From Betaproteobacteria bacterium CG2_30_68_42 (GTDB lineage Bacteria > Pseudomonadota > Gammaproteobacteria > Burkholderiales > Rhodocyclaceae), in the NCBI GenBank assembly GCA_001872285.1, contig MNXU01000051.1:107-64106 (forward strand): a DNA stretch of 64,000 nucleotides, in the 5' to 3' direction. Both the position numbers and the translations under genes were made by a program. Positions 43,680 through 52,756 of this stretch are shown in pieces. Below the pieces are notes generated by a model. The model did no database searches and was not told the DNA's origin. It saw only the letters and a program-made list of their open reading frames with translations. Position 1 is the stretch's first letter. Every line of letters starts with the position of its first letter.

Positions 43680-45305
43680 TCAGATCTGCTCCGCGACCAT
43701 GCGGATCGCGCCGCACGGACACTCGGCGGCGCAGATCCCGCAACCCTTGCAGTAGTCGTAGTTGAAGCGGAAGCGCTTGCCCGGCCCGAGCTTGATCACC
43801 GCGTTGTCCGGGCACACGCCGTAGCAGTTGTCGCACTCGAAGCAGTTGCCGCAGGACAGGCAGCGGCGCGCCTCGAACAGCGCATTGCCCTCGTCCAGCC
43901 CGCCGACCACCTCGTCGAAGGTGGACTGGCGCCGCAGGATGTCGAGCACCGGGCGCACGGTCTTGGGCGCGTCCGAGTAGTACCAGGTGTTGAGCTTGTC
44001 GAAGCTCGCCAGTTCGTGTCGGGGCGCGAGCTGGCGGGCGGTGCCGCGCAGCCATGCGTCGATGTTGCGGGCCGCCTTTTTTCCGTGGCCGATCGCGACG
44101 GTGACGGTGCGCTCCGAAGGCACCATGTCGCCGCCTGCGAACACCCCCGGATAGCCGGTCATCAGGTGGGAGTCCACCTTGACGACGCCGTCCCGGATCT
44201 CGAGGTCCGGAACGCCCTGGAGCAGCGACAGGTCGACGTCCTGGCCGAGTGCCAGCACCAGCGAATCGGCCTCCAGGGTCTCGAATTCCCCGGTCGGCTG
44301 CGGGAATCCCTTGTCGTCGAGGCGCATCTTCTCGACCACGATGCGGCCCTCGTCGGCCTGCCGGATCGTCGACAGCCATTTCATCATCACGCCCTCCTGG
44401 AGCGCCTCCTCGACCTCGAAGTCGTGGGCCGGCATGCGCTCGCGGGTGCGGCGATAGACCAGGATCGCCTCCTCGGCGCCGAGCCGCCGTGCGGTGCGGG
44501 CGACGTCGATTGCGGTGTTGCCGCCGCCGTAGACCACGACCCGCCGCCCGAGCAGCGGCTGGTCCTCGCCCTCCATGCTGCGCAGGACCGAGACCGCGTC
44601 GAGGATGCGCGAGGAGTCGCCCGCCGGAATGTAGGCGCGCTTCGCGATGTGGGCGCCGACCGCGAGGAAGGCCGCGTCGAAGCGGCCCGCGCGCATCGTC
44701 TCCAGCAGGTCGTCCACCTTGGCGTTCAGTACGAGCTTCACGCCGAGGTCGAGAATGCGGGCGATCTCCGCGTCCAGCACCTCGCGCGGCAGCCGGTATT
44801 GCGGGATGCCGAAGCGCATCATGCCGCCGGCAAGCGGACCCGCCTCGTGGATCTCGACCGCGTGCCCGAGCGTGCGCAGGTGGTAGGCCGCGGAGAGCCC
44901 GGAAGGGCCCGCGCCCACCACGAGCACACGCCTGCCGCTCGTCGGCGCACCGTGTGCGAAGCGCCAGCCGCGCCGGATCGCCTCGTCGCCCAGGAATCTC
45001 TCCACCGCGTTGATGGCGACGGATTCGTCCAGCCGGCCGCGGTTGCAGGCGCCCTCGCAGGGGTGGTAGCAGACGCGGCCCATGATCGCGGGCAGGGGAT
45101 TGTTCTTCACCAGCTCGCGCCAGGCCGCCTCGTAGTCGCCGGACTCGGCGTGGTAGAGCCAGCCCTGGATGTTCTCTCCGGCGGGACAGGCGTGGTTGCA
45201 CGGCGGCAGCCGATCGACATATTCCGGCCGCGAGGTGCGCCACGACCCGGTGCGGTTGGCGAGCGAGGAACCGGGGTCCAGCGTGATCGCGAACGGTTTT
45301 TCCAT
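43680..45305 (-). CDS. fused PorD-like / GltD-like NAD(P)H oxidoreductase / 2x[4Fe-4S] subunit of a four-subunit-type 2-oxoacid oxidoreductase
   Basis: 541 aa. The N-terminus PGSSLANRTGSWRTSRPEY is delta-subunit-like. CNHACPAGENIQ...CYHPCEGACNRG...RVLVVGAGPSGLSAAYHL...GGMMRFGIPQYR. The C-terminus carries CLSCGNCFECDNCYGVCP and CKGCGICAAECP. Confidence 0.85.
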   Translation of the reverse strand: MEKPFAITLDPGSSLANRTGSWRTSRPEYVDRLPPCNHACPAGENIQGWLYHAESGDYEAAWRELVKNNPLPAIMGRVCYHPCEGACNRGRLDESVAINAVERFLGDEAIRRGWRFAHGAPTSGRRVLVVGAGPSGLSAAYHLRTLGHAVEIHEAGPLAGGMMRFGIPQYRLPREVLDAEIARILDLGVKLVLNAKVDDLLETMRAGRFDAAFLAVGAHIAKRAYIPAGDSSRILDAVSVLRSMEGEDQPLLGRRVVVYGGGNTAIDVARTARRLGAEEAILVYRRTRERMPAHDFEVEEALQEGVMMKWLSTIRQADEGRIVVEKMRLDDKGFPQPTGEFETLEADSLVLALGQDVDLSLLQGVPDLEIRDGVVKVDSHLMTGYPGVFAGGDMVPSERTVTVAIGHGKKAARNIDAWLRGTARQLAPRHELASFDKLNTWYYSDAPKTVRPVLDILRRQSTFDEVVGGLDEGNALFEARRCLSCGNCFECDNCYGVCPDNAVIKLGPGKRFRFNYDYCKGCGICAAECPCGAIRMVAEQI

Positions 45306-45322
45306 GGCTCGGGTTCCCGTGC

Positions 45323-46321
45323 TCAGTCGGTCGAATCGAGCAGGCCGTAGCGGCGGATGTTGCGATCGGCGATTTCCTGAAGCCCCGCGATGATGTCGAT
45401 GCGCGGGGGCCTGCCGAACAGATGGGCGAAGCGCTTCTGCGGCCGGAGGTACTCCTCCACCGGAACCGGCTTGCGGATTTTCGACACGCCGGTGACCTCC
45501 CCATCCTCGGCCTCGAACACCGGGAACAGGCCGGTTTCCCTGGCGAGCCGCGCGATGCGGATGGTCTCGTGCGAGCCATGGCCCCAGCCGACCGGGCAGG
45601 GCACCAGGATGTGCAGGTAGCGTGCGCCGTGGAAGCTCATGGCGCGCGCGACCTTGTATTCGAGATCGCGCAGGTCGGCCACCGTCGCGGTGGCGACATA
45701 GGGGATCCCGTGCGCCATCGCGATCCGGGGCAGATCCTTGCCCTGGCCGAAGCAGTTGCCCGGCTGCGGGCCGACCGCCATCGTGGTCGCGGTGCGCGCG
45801 CCGGGCGGGGTCGCCGAGGAGCGCTGCACGCCGGTGTTCATGTAGGCTTCGTTGTCGTAGCAGATGTACAGGACATCGTCATTGCGCTCGAACATCCCCG
45901 ACAGGCAGCCGAAGCCGATGTCGGTGGTGCCGCCGTCGCCGCCCTGCGCCACCACGCGGACCTCGGCATGGCCCTTCACCTTCAGCGCGGCGGCGATGCC
46001 GGTCGCGACCGCCGCGGCGTTTCCGAACACCGAGTGGATCCAGGGAATCTGCCACGAGGTCTCCGGATACGGCGTCGAGAACACCTCGAGGCAGCCGGTC
46101 GCGTTCGCAGCGATCAGGCGGTTGCCGGTCGAGCGCATCGCGGCGTCGATCGCGTAGCGCGCGCCGAGCGCCTCGCCGCAACCCTGGCAGGCGCGGTGTC
46201 CGGAGTTGAGCGAGTTGATCCGGGCCATGTCGGCCTGGACGCTGCGCTCCTCGGGCGCGAGCAGGCGATTGCCGACGGTGAAGGTGCCGGTCTGGTAGAA
46301 CTTGACGGGTTGAAACGCCAT
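45323..46321 (-). CDS. 2-oxoacid:ferredoxin oxidoreductase subunit beta (TPP-binding)
   Basis: 332 aa with SD GGAGG. GHRACQGCGEAL...GGDGGTTDIGFGCLSGMFERNDDVLYICYDNEAYMNTGVQ. Confidence 0.9.
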   Translation of the reverse strand: MAFQPVKFYQTGTFTVGNRLLAPEERSVQADMARINSLNSGHRACQGCGEALGARYAIDAAMRSTGNRLIAANATGCLEVFSTPYPETSWQIPWIHSVFGNAAAVATGIAAALKVKGHAEVRVVAQGGDGGTTDIGFGCLSGMFERNDDVLYICYDNEAYMNTGVQRSSATPPGARTATTMAVGPQPGNCFGQGKDLPRIAMAHGIPYVATATVADLRDLEYKVARAMSFHGARYLHILVPCPVGWGHGSHETIRIARLARETGLFPVFEAEDGEVTGVSKIRKPVPVEEYLRPQKRFAHLFGRPPRIDIIAGLQEIADRNIRRYGLLDSTD

Positions 46322-46339
46322 CCTCGCCTCCGAGAATTT

Positions 46340-46421
46340 GGGGTCAGTTCTTTACTTTATAGTTTTTCCGAAACCGGCATATGCTGAAGGCATCGAGACT
46401 ATAAAGTAAAGAACTGACCCC
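46340..46421. repeat. 82-bp AT-rich perfect hairpin / MITE-like element (24-bp perfect inverted repeat, 34-nt loop)
   Basis: GGGGTCAGTTCTTTACTTTATAGT (46340-46363) is the exact reverse complement of ACTATAAAGTAAAGAACTGACCCC (46398-46421). The arms are 9/24 G+C in a high-GC genome. It lies in the 113-nt spacer between the alpha and beta genes. Confidence 0.9.
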
Positions 46422-46434
46422 GCTGTCGGGCCGC

Positions 46435-47688
46435 CTACGCGATGCGCGCGGCGACCACGCCGATGTCGCGCAGCACGTTCTCTGCGATCGGGCCGCTGCG
46501 CCGGGTGCGCCGCTCGCGCTCGAGCGCGCGCTCGACCACGGCACGGTCCAGGTCGAGGAAGCCGAGGGCCGGCAGACTGCCGTCGACGCCCGCGCGCACC
46601 ATCGCGGCGAGCGAGCTGCGCGTGATCGCGCGCCCGCCCAGACCGGCGATCACGGCATGCACGGCGACGGCGAACCCGGCGAGCGCGGTGCGCACGTTGG
46701 TGGCCACGATGCCGCCGATGCCCACCGCGAGGCTCTTCTCCAGCACCACCACGCAGCGGGCGTCCCGCAATGCCTCGCGCACCGCTTCCATCGGCCACGG
46801 GCGGAAGCAGCAGATGCCGAGCACGCCGGCGCGAATTCCGGCCTCGCGCAGTTCGTCGATCACGTCCTTGATCGTGCCGAGCACGGAGCCGAGGGCCACC
46901 ACGACGATCTCCGCATCCTCGCTGCGATAGCCGCGCACGAGCCCGCCGGCATCGCGACCGAAGATCTCGCGGAACCCCAGCGCATACTCCGGGATGCGCT
47001 CCAGTGCCATCATCTGTTTCGCGTGGGCGAGGTAGCGCACTTCCATGAACGCCTCGGGGCCGACCATTGCGCCGATCGACACCGGCTCGTGCACGTCGAG
47101 CACCTGGCGCGGCTCGTAGGCGGGCAGATAGGCATCCACCTGCCGCGCCTCGGGGATGTCGACGCGCTCGAAAGCGTGGGTGAGGATGAAGCCGTCCATG
47201 CACACCATCACCGGAACCGAGAGTTCCTCGGCGAGCCGGAACGCCTGGATGTGGAGATCGAGCGCTTCCTGGTTGGTCTCCGCGAAGAGCTGGATCCAGC
47301 CGCAATCGCGCTGGCTCATCGCATCGCCATGGTCGTTCCAGATGTTGATCGGCGCGCCGATCGCCCGGTTTGCCACCGTCATGACGATCGGCAGGCCCAG
47401 GCCGGCGGCGTTGTACAGCGCCTCGACCATGAACAGCAGCCCCTGGCTCGCGGTGGCCGTGTAGGCGCGCGCCCCCGCGGCGCAGGCGCCGATCGCCACG
47501 CTCATCGCGGCGAATTCGCTCTCGACGTTGATGAACTCGCAGCCGCCCAGCCGGCCTGACTTCACCATCTCGCCGAGCGCCTCGACGATATGCGTCTGCG
47601 GGGAGATCGGATAGGCGCAGATCACCTGCGGCCGGCACAGGGCGACCGCTTCGGCGACCGCCCGGGAACCTTCCATCTGGTCAAGCAT
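46435..47688 (-). CDS. 2-oxoacid:ferredoxin oxidoreductase subunit alpha
   Basis: 417 aa. GSRAVAEAVALCRPQVICAYPISPQTHIVE...TATASQGLLFMVEAL. Confidence 0.9.
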   Translation of the reverse strand: MLDQMEGSRAVAEAVALCRPQVICAYPISPQTHIVEALGEMVKSGRLGGCEFINVESEFAAMSVAIGACAAGARAYTATASQGLLFMVEALYNAAGLGLPIVMTVANRAIGAPINIWNDHGDAMSQRDCGWIQLFAETNQEALDLHIQAFRLAEELSVPVMVCMDGFILTHAFERVDIPEARQVDAYLPAYEPRQVLDVHEPVSIGAMVGPEAFMEVRYLAHAKQMMALERIPEYALGFREIFGRDAGGLVRGYRSEDAEIVVVALGSVLGTIKDVIDELREAGIRAGVLGICCFRPWPMEAVREALRDARCVVVLEKSLAVGIGGIVATNVRTALAGFAVAVHAVIAGLGGRAITRSSLAAMVRAGVDGSLPALGFLDLDRAVVERALERERRTRRSGPIAENVLRDIGVVAARIA

Positions 47689-48265
47689 GAGCGCTCGCCT
47701 CCTTCATCTCGGCCTTGACGATGCCGTACGCCTCGCTGGCGGCGGCGACATTGCCCTCCGCGATCTTGCCCGAAAAGCGCCGGCGGATCGCGGCGATCAC
47801 CGACTCCAGGCCGAGGATGCCCGAGATCGCGGCGAAGCCTCCGAGCAGCGGCACGTTGGGCACCGCGCGCCCGACATGTTTCAGGGCGAGTTCGGTCGCC
47901 GCGACGGTGCACAGGTGCTCGGGATGCCAGCCCCGCAAGAGCTCGCCGATGCCCAGCTCGTCGAAGCTGCGGTTGGTGTTGATCAGGATGTAGCCGTCCC
48001 GCTTCACGCCCGCGAACACGTCGACCTGGTGCAGCAGCGTGGGGTCCTGGATGATGAGGGCATCCGGCTCGATGATCGGCTCGCGCAGGCGGATTTCCTT
48101 GCGGTCGATGCGGCAGAACGCCACCACCGGCGCCCCGGTGCGCTCCGAGCCGAAGCTCGGAAAGGCCTGCGCGTACTCTCCTTCGAGGAAGGCCGCGACC
48201 GAGAGCATCTCGGCGCCGGTCACCACGCCCTGGCCGCCGCGGCCATGGATTCTCACCTGGAACAT
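47681..48265 (-). CDS. 2-oxoacid:ferredoxin oxidoreductase subunit gamma
   Basis: ATG at 48265-48263 within ORF 47681..48304. MFQVRIHGRGGQGVVTGAEML is typical of a gamma subunit. 8-nt overlap with the alpha gene. Confidence 0.85.
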   Translation of the reverse strand: MFQVRIHGRGGQGVVTGAEMLSVAAFLEGEYAQAFPSFGSERTGAPVVAFCRIDRKEIRLREPIIEPDALIIQDPTLLHQVDVFAGVKRDGYILINTNRSFDELGIGELLRGWHPEHLCTVAATELALKHVGRAVPNVPLLGGFAAISGILGLESVIAAIRRRFSGKIAEGNVAAASEAYGIVKAEMKEASAHA

Positions 48266-48447
48266 GATCGATTCCCGAGTGCGCTGTGTCCGCGAAGATA
48301 CCACCGCCGCGGTGCTCCCGCGCGCATGCGACGGCGCGGGAGTCGCGCAGCCGTGCGTGACGAGTTCCGCGACGCGGGTCGCGGTTTGCCGTTAGCATTG
48401 CACGCCCATCCCGGCGCCTCGCCGGAGCGTGGTACGCGCATCCCGCG

Positions 48448-49362
48448 ATGAACGCAGCCCCCCACACCGATCTCGATCTCGATTCTCTCCGCGCTTTCGT
48501 GGCGGTGACGCAGACCCGTGGGCTCGCGGCCGCCGGGGCGCTCCTCGACCGCAGCGGGGCGGCGGTCGGGCTGCGGGTGAGAAAGCTCGAGGCCCGGCTG
48601 GGCCAGGCGCTGCTGCGGCGTTCCGGCCGCGCCCTGGTTCCGACCCGCCACGGCGAGGTCCTGCTCGAATATGCCAGACGTATCCTGTCGCTGAGCGAGG
48701 AGGGGGTACGTGCCCTGTGCGCTTCCGGACTCTCGGGAGAGGTCCGCCTCGGAGTCACGGAGCACTTCTTTCCCCAATGCCTGCCGGAAGTCATCGCGCG
48801 CTTCGCGCGTGGCCAGCCCGAACTGTCGATTTCCATACGCACCGGCCTGACGCTCGACCTGCTGCGGCTCCAGCGCGAGGGTAGGCTCGATCTGGTCATC
48901 GGCCTGCGCACGGCTCCCGCGCGCGAGGGCAGGACCATGTTCCGCGAGCCGCTGTGCTGGGTTGCCCAGCATGGCTTCGTCCTGGACCGCTGCGAGGTGG
49001 TCCCGCTGCTCGCGCTGCCCGATCCGTGCATCCACCGTGCGGCCGCCACCGATGCGCTGACGCGGGCGGGACGGGCCTGGCGGGTGTGCTATGCGGCCGG
49101 GAGCGTGCTCGCCCTGCAGGCGGCGGTGGCGTCCGGCCTGGGCGTCGCCTGCCTTCCGCTGTCCAGCGTGCAGGCGAGCATGCGCATTCTGGGGCGCCAG
49201 GAAGGGCTTCCGGCACTCGGCGACTGCGATGTCGCGGTCTATGCGCTCGCCCACGGCGCCGGGGATCGCTTCGGCCGGCTTCTGGAACTGATCCGGGTCG
49301 GCCTGCCCATCCTTTCCATCGAGGTGATGAGCGCTGGCGGCGGGCTGGCCGCGGCAGCCTAG
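48448..49362 (+). CDS. LysR-family transcriptional regulator
   Basis: 304 aa. LDSLRAFVAVTQTRGLAAAGALLDRSGAAVGLRVRKLEARLG is the HTH. Divergent from the four-subunit oxidoreductase operon. Confidence 0.9.
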   Translation: MNAAPHTDLDLDSLRAFVAVTQTRGLAAAGALLDRSGAAVGLRVRKLEARLGQALLRRSGRALVPTRHGEVLLEYARRILSLSEEGVRALCASGLSGEVRLGVTEHFFPQCLPEVIARFARGQPELSISIRTGLTLDLLRLQREGRLDLVIGLRTAPAREGRTMFREPLCWVAQHGFVLDRCEVVPLLALPDPCIHRAAATDALTRAGRAWRVCYAAGSVLALQAAVASGLGVACLPLSSVQASMRILGRQEGLPALGDCDVAVYALAHGAGDRFGRLLELIRVGLPILSIEVMSAGGGLAAAA

Positions 49363-49366
49363 AGCG

Positions 49367-50167
49367 CTACGCGAACCACCGCAGCCGCTCGCGCAGCCGC
49401 ACGACCTCGCCGATCACGATCAACGCCGGCGGGGTGATCCCGTGGCGCGCGGCGAGTTCTGGCAACGTGGCGAGCGTACCCGAGACCGTGAGCTGGCCGG
49501 GGCCGGTCGCCTCGCGCACCAGCGCCGCCGGCGTCTCCGCGCTCTGCCCGTGGGCGATGAGCCCTCGCGCGATGTCGGCGAGCGCGCTCACCCCCATGTA
49601 GATGACGACGGTCTGGCGCGGCCGGGCGAGCGCCGTCCAGTCGAGATCGCAGCCGCCGTCCTTGAGGTGGCCGGTGACGAACACGCAGGATTGCGCGAGA
49701 TCCCGGTGGGTGAGCGGGATGCCGGCATAGGCCGCCATTCCCGCCGCCGCGGTGATGCCAGGCACGACCTCGAACGGGATGCCGTGGCGTGCGAGTTCCT
49801 CGATCTCTTCGCCGCCGCGGCCGAAGATGAACGGATCGCCGCCCTTGAGCCGGACGGTGATCCTGCCGGCCCGTGCGAGCCGGACCAGAACGGCGTTGAT
49901 CTCGGACTGCGGCAGAGTGTGATGGCCGGACTCCTTGCCGACATAGATGCGTTTCGCGGCCGGGGAAACGAATTCGAGGATGCTTGCGCCGACCAGATGG
50001 TCATAGACGAGCGCATCGGCGCGCGCGAGGATCCGCGCCGCGCGCAGGGTGAGCAGTTCGGGGTCGCCCGGCCCCGCGCCGACCAGATAGACCGTGCCCG
50101 GGCGAACGCCGCGCCCCTGCCCGGCGTCGCCCGCACCGGCCCGCGCGTCGTCAGTTGCGCTCGTCAT
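49367..50167 (-). CDS. cobA: uroporphyrinogen-III C-methyltransferase
   Basis: 266 aa. VYLVGAGPGDPELLTLRAARIL...RLKGGDPFIFGRGGEE...VPGITAA. Confidence 0.9.
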   Translation of the reverse strand: MTSATDDARAGAGDAGQGRGVRPGTVYLVGAGPGDPELLTLRAARILARADALVYDHLVGASILEFVSPAAKRIYVGKESGHHTLPQSEINAVLVRLARAGRITVRLKGGDPFIFGRGGEEIEELARHGIPFEVVPGITAAAGMAAYAGIPLTHRDLAQSCVFVTGHLKDGGCDLDWTALARPRQTVVIYMGVSALADIARGLIAHGQSAETPAALVREATGPGQLTVSGTLATLPELAARHGITPPALIVIGEVVRLRERLRWFA

Positions 50168-50408
50168 CGGTCATGAATCTCCATGGGCACCGGTCGCGCG
50201 GCACCGTGCGCCGGCGCATTCTACCCGCCAGGCACCCGGTTTGAGCGCAACGTCCGGCAGTCCCTGCGGCGGGGTAGAATCCGCTCGCGTATCCGCGGCG
50301 GATCGGCCGAATTGGCCGGGCTTTCCTGCGCATTTGTTCCTGCGCCCGGGCCGCAGGTGCGGGTAGCATTAACCCTTGTGGTACGTTTTCTTCGGATCGG
50401 GAGGAGCG

Positions 50409-51032
50409 ATGCAGGCGAACAGTTCGAGGATGGTGAGAAGCGGCCGTGCGGTTCTGCTTGGGCTCTCGGCCCTGTTGGTCGGTGCCTGCGCGACCGAGTA
50501 CCCGGCGGCGCCGACGAGCGCGGCGACTCCGGATTACAACTACATCATCGGCCCCGGCGACAGCGTGAACATCATCGTCTGGCGCAACCCGGAGCTTTCG
50601 ATGACCGTGCCGGTACGCCCCGACGGCAAGATCACCACGCCGCTGGTGGAGGATCTGCCGGCAATGGGCAAGGATTCGTCGACGCTGGCGCGCGACATCG
50701 AGAAGGCGCTGGCTAAATTCATCCGCGATCCGGTCGTTACCGTGATCGTCGGCGGGTTCAGCGGCCCGTACTCCGAGCAGATCCGGGTGATCGGCGAGGC
50801 TGCGAAGCCGCAATTCCTGCCGTACAAACAGAAGATGACGCTGCTCGACGTGATGATCGCGGTGGGCGGGGTCACCGACTTCGCGGACGGCAACCGGGCC
50901 TCGATCCTGCGCACTTCGGAGGGCAAGCAGTACGGCGTGAGGCTCAAGGATCTGATCAAGAAGGGCGACGTGTCGGCGAATGTCGACGTGAAACCCGGCG
51001 ACATCCTGATCATTCCGCAGAGCTGGTTCTGA
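50409..51032 (+). CDS. XrtA/PEP-CTERM-system polysaccharide export lipoprotein (Wza-like periplasmic protein)
   Basis: SD GGGAGGAG, then ATG at 50409. Lipobox LLVGAC. YIIGPGDSVNIIVWRNPELS...VRPDGKITTPLV is a Poly_export domain. Confidence 0.85.
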   Translation: MQANSSRMVRSGRAVLLGLSALLVGACATEYPAAPTSAATPDYNYIIGPGDSVNIIVWRNPELSMTVPVRPDGKITTPLVEDLPAMGKDSSTLARDIEKALAKFIRDPVVTVIVGGFSGPYSEQIRVIGEAAKPQFLPYKQKMTLLDVMIAVGGVTDFADGNRASILRTSEGKQYGVRLKDLIKKGDVSANVDVKPGDILIIPQSWF

Positions 51033-51135
51033 GCGCCGGGCTGCGCGCTCGCAGGCCGGCGGCGGGCTTCCGCCCGGCTTCGGCCGGGCGATCACCGGGT
51101 GCGCGAGGGCGCGTCCGCAAAACGGGTTGCAAGCG

Positions 51136-52704
51136 ATGGATGATCTGATCCGCGAGCTATTCACCTACATCCGCGGGATGTGGAAGCACCGCTGGGCGGG
51201 GCTGGCCACTGCGTGGGGGGTCGGGCTGGTGGGCACCGGCGTGATCATGTCGATGCCGAACCAGTACGAAGCCACCGCGCGCATCTTCGTCGATACCCAG
51301 TCGGTGCTCAAGCCGCTGATGGCGGGCCTGGCGATCCAGCCCGATGTCAACCAGCAGGTCAGCATGCTGGCGCGCACCCTGCTGACCCGCCCGAACGTCG
51401 AGAAGGTGATCCGCATGTCCGATCTCGATCTCGGCGTCAAGGGGCAGAAGGACAAGGACCAGCTCGTCGATACGCTGATGGCGTCGATCAAGCTGATCGC
51501 GACGCGTGGCGACAACCTGTACAACATCGCCTATCGCGACACCAATCCGGACAAGGCCAAGAAGGTGGTGCAGGCGCTGGTCACGATGTTCGTGGAATCC
51601 GGCCTCGGCGACAAGCGCAAGGACACGGCCTCCGCGCGCAAGTTCATCGAGGAACAGATCAGGTCCTACGAACAGAAGCTGGTCGAGGGCGAGAACCGGC
51701 TCAAGGAGTTCAAGCTCAAGAATCTGGCGATCGACGAGGAGTTCGGCAAGGACTCACTGACCCGTCTGGCCGAGATGGGTACCCAGGTGCGCGAGGCCAG
51801 GCTGCAGCTCAACGAGGCCGAGCACTCGCGCGACGCGCTCAAGCGCCAGCTCGAGTCCGGCGAGGAGGAGCTGATGGTCGCGCAGAAGAGCGCGGACCCG
51901 ATCACCGATTTCTCGGTTCCCGAGATCGACAGCCGGCTGGACGCGCTCAGGCGCAACCTGGACGAGCTGTTGCGCAAGTACACCGAGAACCATCCCGATG
52001 TCATCGGGACCAAGCGCATCATCGTGCAGCTCGAGCAGGAGAAGCGCCGCGAGGTCGAGAAGCGCAAGGCGGCGGCTCCGAAATCGGCTGCCGGTGGGGT
52101 GGCCGCGCCCATGGCGAACCCGGTCACCCAGCAGCTCAAGGTCTCGCTCGCGGAGGCCGAGGCGAACGTGGCTTCGTTGCGCTCGCGGGTCGGAGAATAC
52201 GAAGGCCGGCTGGCCAAGCTGCGCAAGCGGCTGGAAATGCAGCCGCAGATCGAGGCCGAGTTCGAGCAGCTCAACCGCGACTACGGCATCAACAAGCGCA
52301 ATTACGATCAGCTCCTGTCGCGGCGCGAATCGGCCAGCCTTTCGAGCGAGCTCGACACCACCGCCACGCTCGCCGACTTCCGCCTGATCGAACCGCCGCG
52401 GGTCGCGCCCAAGCCGGTCGCCCCGAACCGGCCGCTGCTGCTCTCGGGACTGTTCGCGGCCGCTCTGGCGGCCGGGCTCGGGCTGACTTTCATCATGAGC
52501 CAGATCCGGCCGGCCTTCTTCGATCTGCGTGCGCTGCGTGAGGTGAGCGGGTTGCCGGTGCTCGGCGCGGTGAGCCTGCTGCCGAACGAGGCGTGGGTCA
52601 AGCAGACACGCCGTCGCGCGCTCGCGTTCCTTTCCGGGCTGGCGGGCCTGATCGCGGCCTATGGCGGGACGCTGGCCTTCCTCTGGCTGACCGCGCGGGG
52701 ATAG
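51136..52704 (+). CDS. polysaccharide chain-length determinant protein, PEP-CTERM-locus subfamily (the alternative TTG at 51127 is also possible)
   Basis: A Wzz-like N-terminal transmembrane segment, a long coiled coil (KLVEGENRLKEFKLKNLA...) and a C-terminal transmembrane segment. Confidence 0.85.
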   Translation: MDDLIRELFTYIRGMWKHRWAGLATAWGVGLVGTGVIMSMPNQYEATARIFVDTQSVLKPLMAGLAIQPDVNQQVSMLARTLLTRPNVEKVIRMSDLDLGVKGQKDKDQLVDTLMASIKLIATRGDNLYNIAYRDTNPDKAKKVVQALVTMFVESGLGDKRKDTASARKFIEEQIRSYEQKLVEGENRLKEFKLKNLAIDEEFGKDSLTRLAEMGTQVREARLQLNEAEHSRDALKRQLESGEEELMVAQKSADPITDFSVPEIDSRLDALRRNLDELLRKYTENHPDVIGTKRIIVQLEQEKRREVEKRKAAAPKSAAGGVAAPMANPVTQQLKVSLAEAEANVASLRSRVGEYEGRLAKLRKRLEMQPQIEAEFEQLNRDYGINKRNYDQLLSRRESASLSSELDTTATLADFRLIEPPRVAPKPVAPNRPLLLSGLFAAALAAGLGLTFIMSQIRPAFFDLRALREVSGLPVLGAVSLLPNEAWVKQTRRRALAFLSGLAGLIAAYGGTLAFLWLTARG

Positions 52705-52756
52705 GGTCCGAGACCATGCCAGCGAACGCGACTCGCGCCCGTGCCGGGAGAATGCA

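Noticed and set aside
48315-48342. A 9-bp GC-rich inverted repeat, CTCCCGCGC-N10-GCGCGGGAG, in the LysR / gamma-subunit divergent region.
   Set aside because: Short GC-only inverted repeats are frequent by chance at this base composition, and it has no T-N11-A LysR-box character.
50290-50340. A sigma-54 promoter (TGGC..N..TGC) upstream of the eps locus, at AATTGGCCGGGCTTTCCTGCG.
   Set aside because: The GG-to-GC spacing is 14 nt rather than the 12 nt required by the -24/-12 consensus.
50168-50408. A cobalamin riboswitch or other leader RNA upstream of cobA. An imperfect 12-bp inverted repeat, ATTCTACCC-GCC/GGCGGGGTAGAAT, lies at 50218-50280.
   Set aside because: No B12-box-like core (…GCCACTG…) or other riboswitch signature appears on the cobA strand. 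The inverted repeat may be a terminator or operator shared with the divergent eps promoter, but I cannot assign it.
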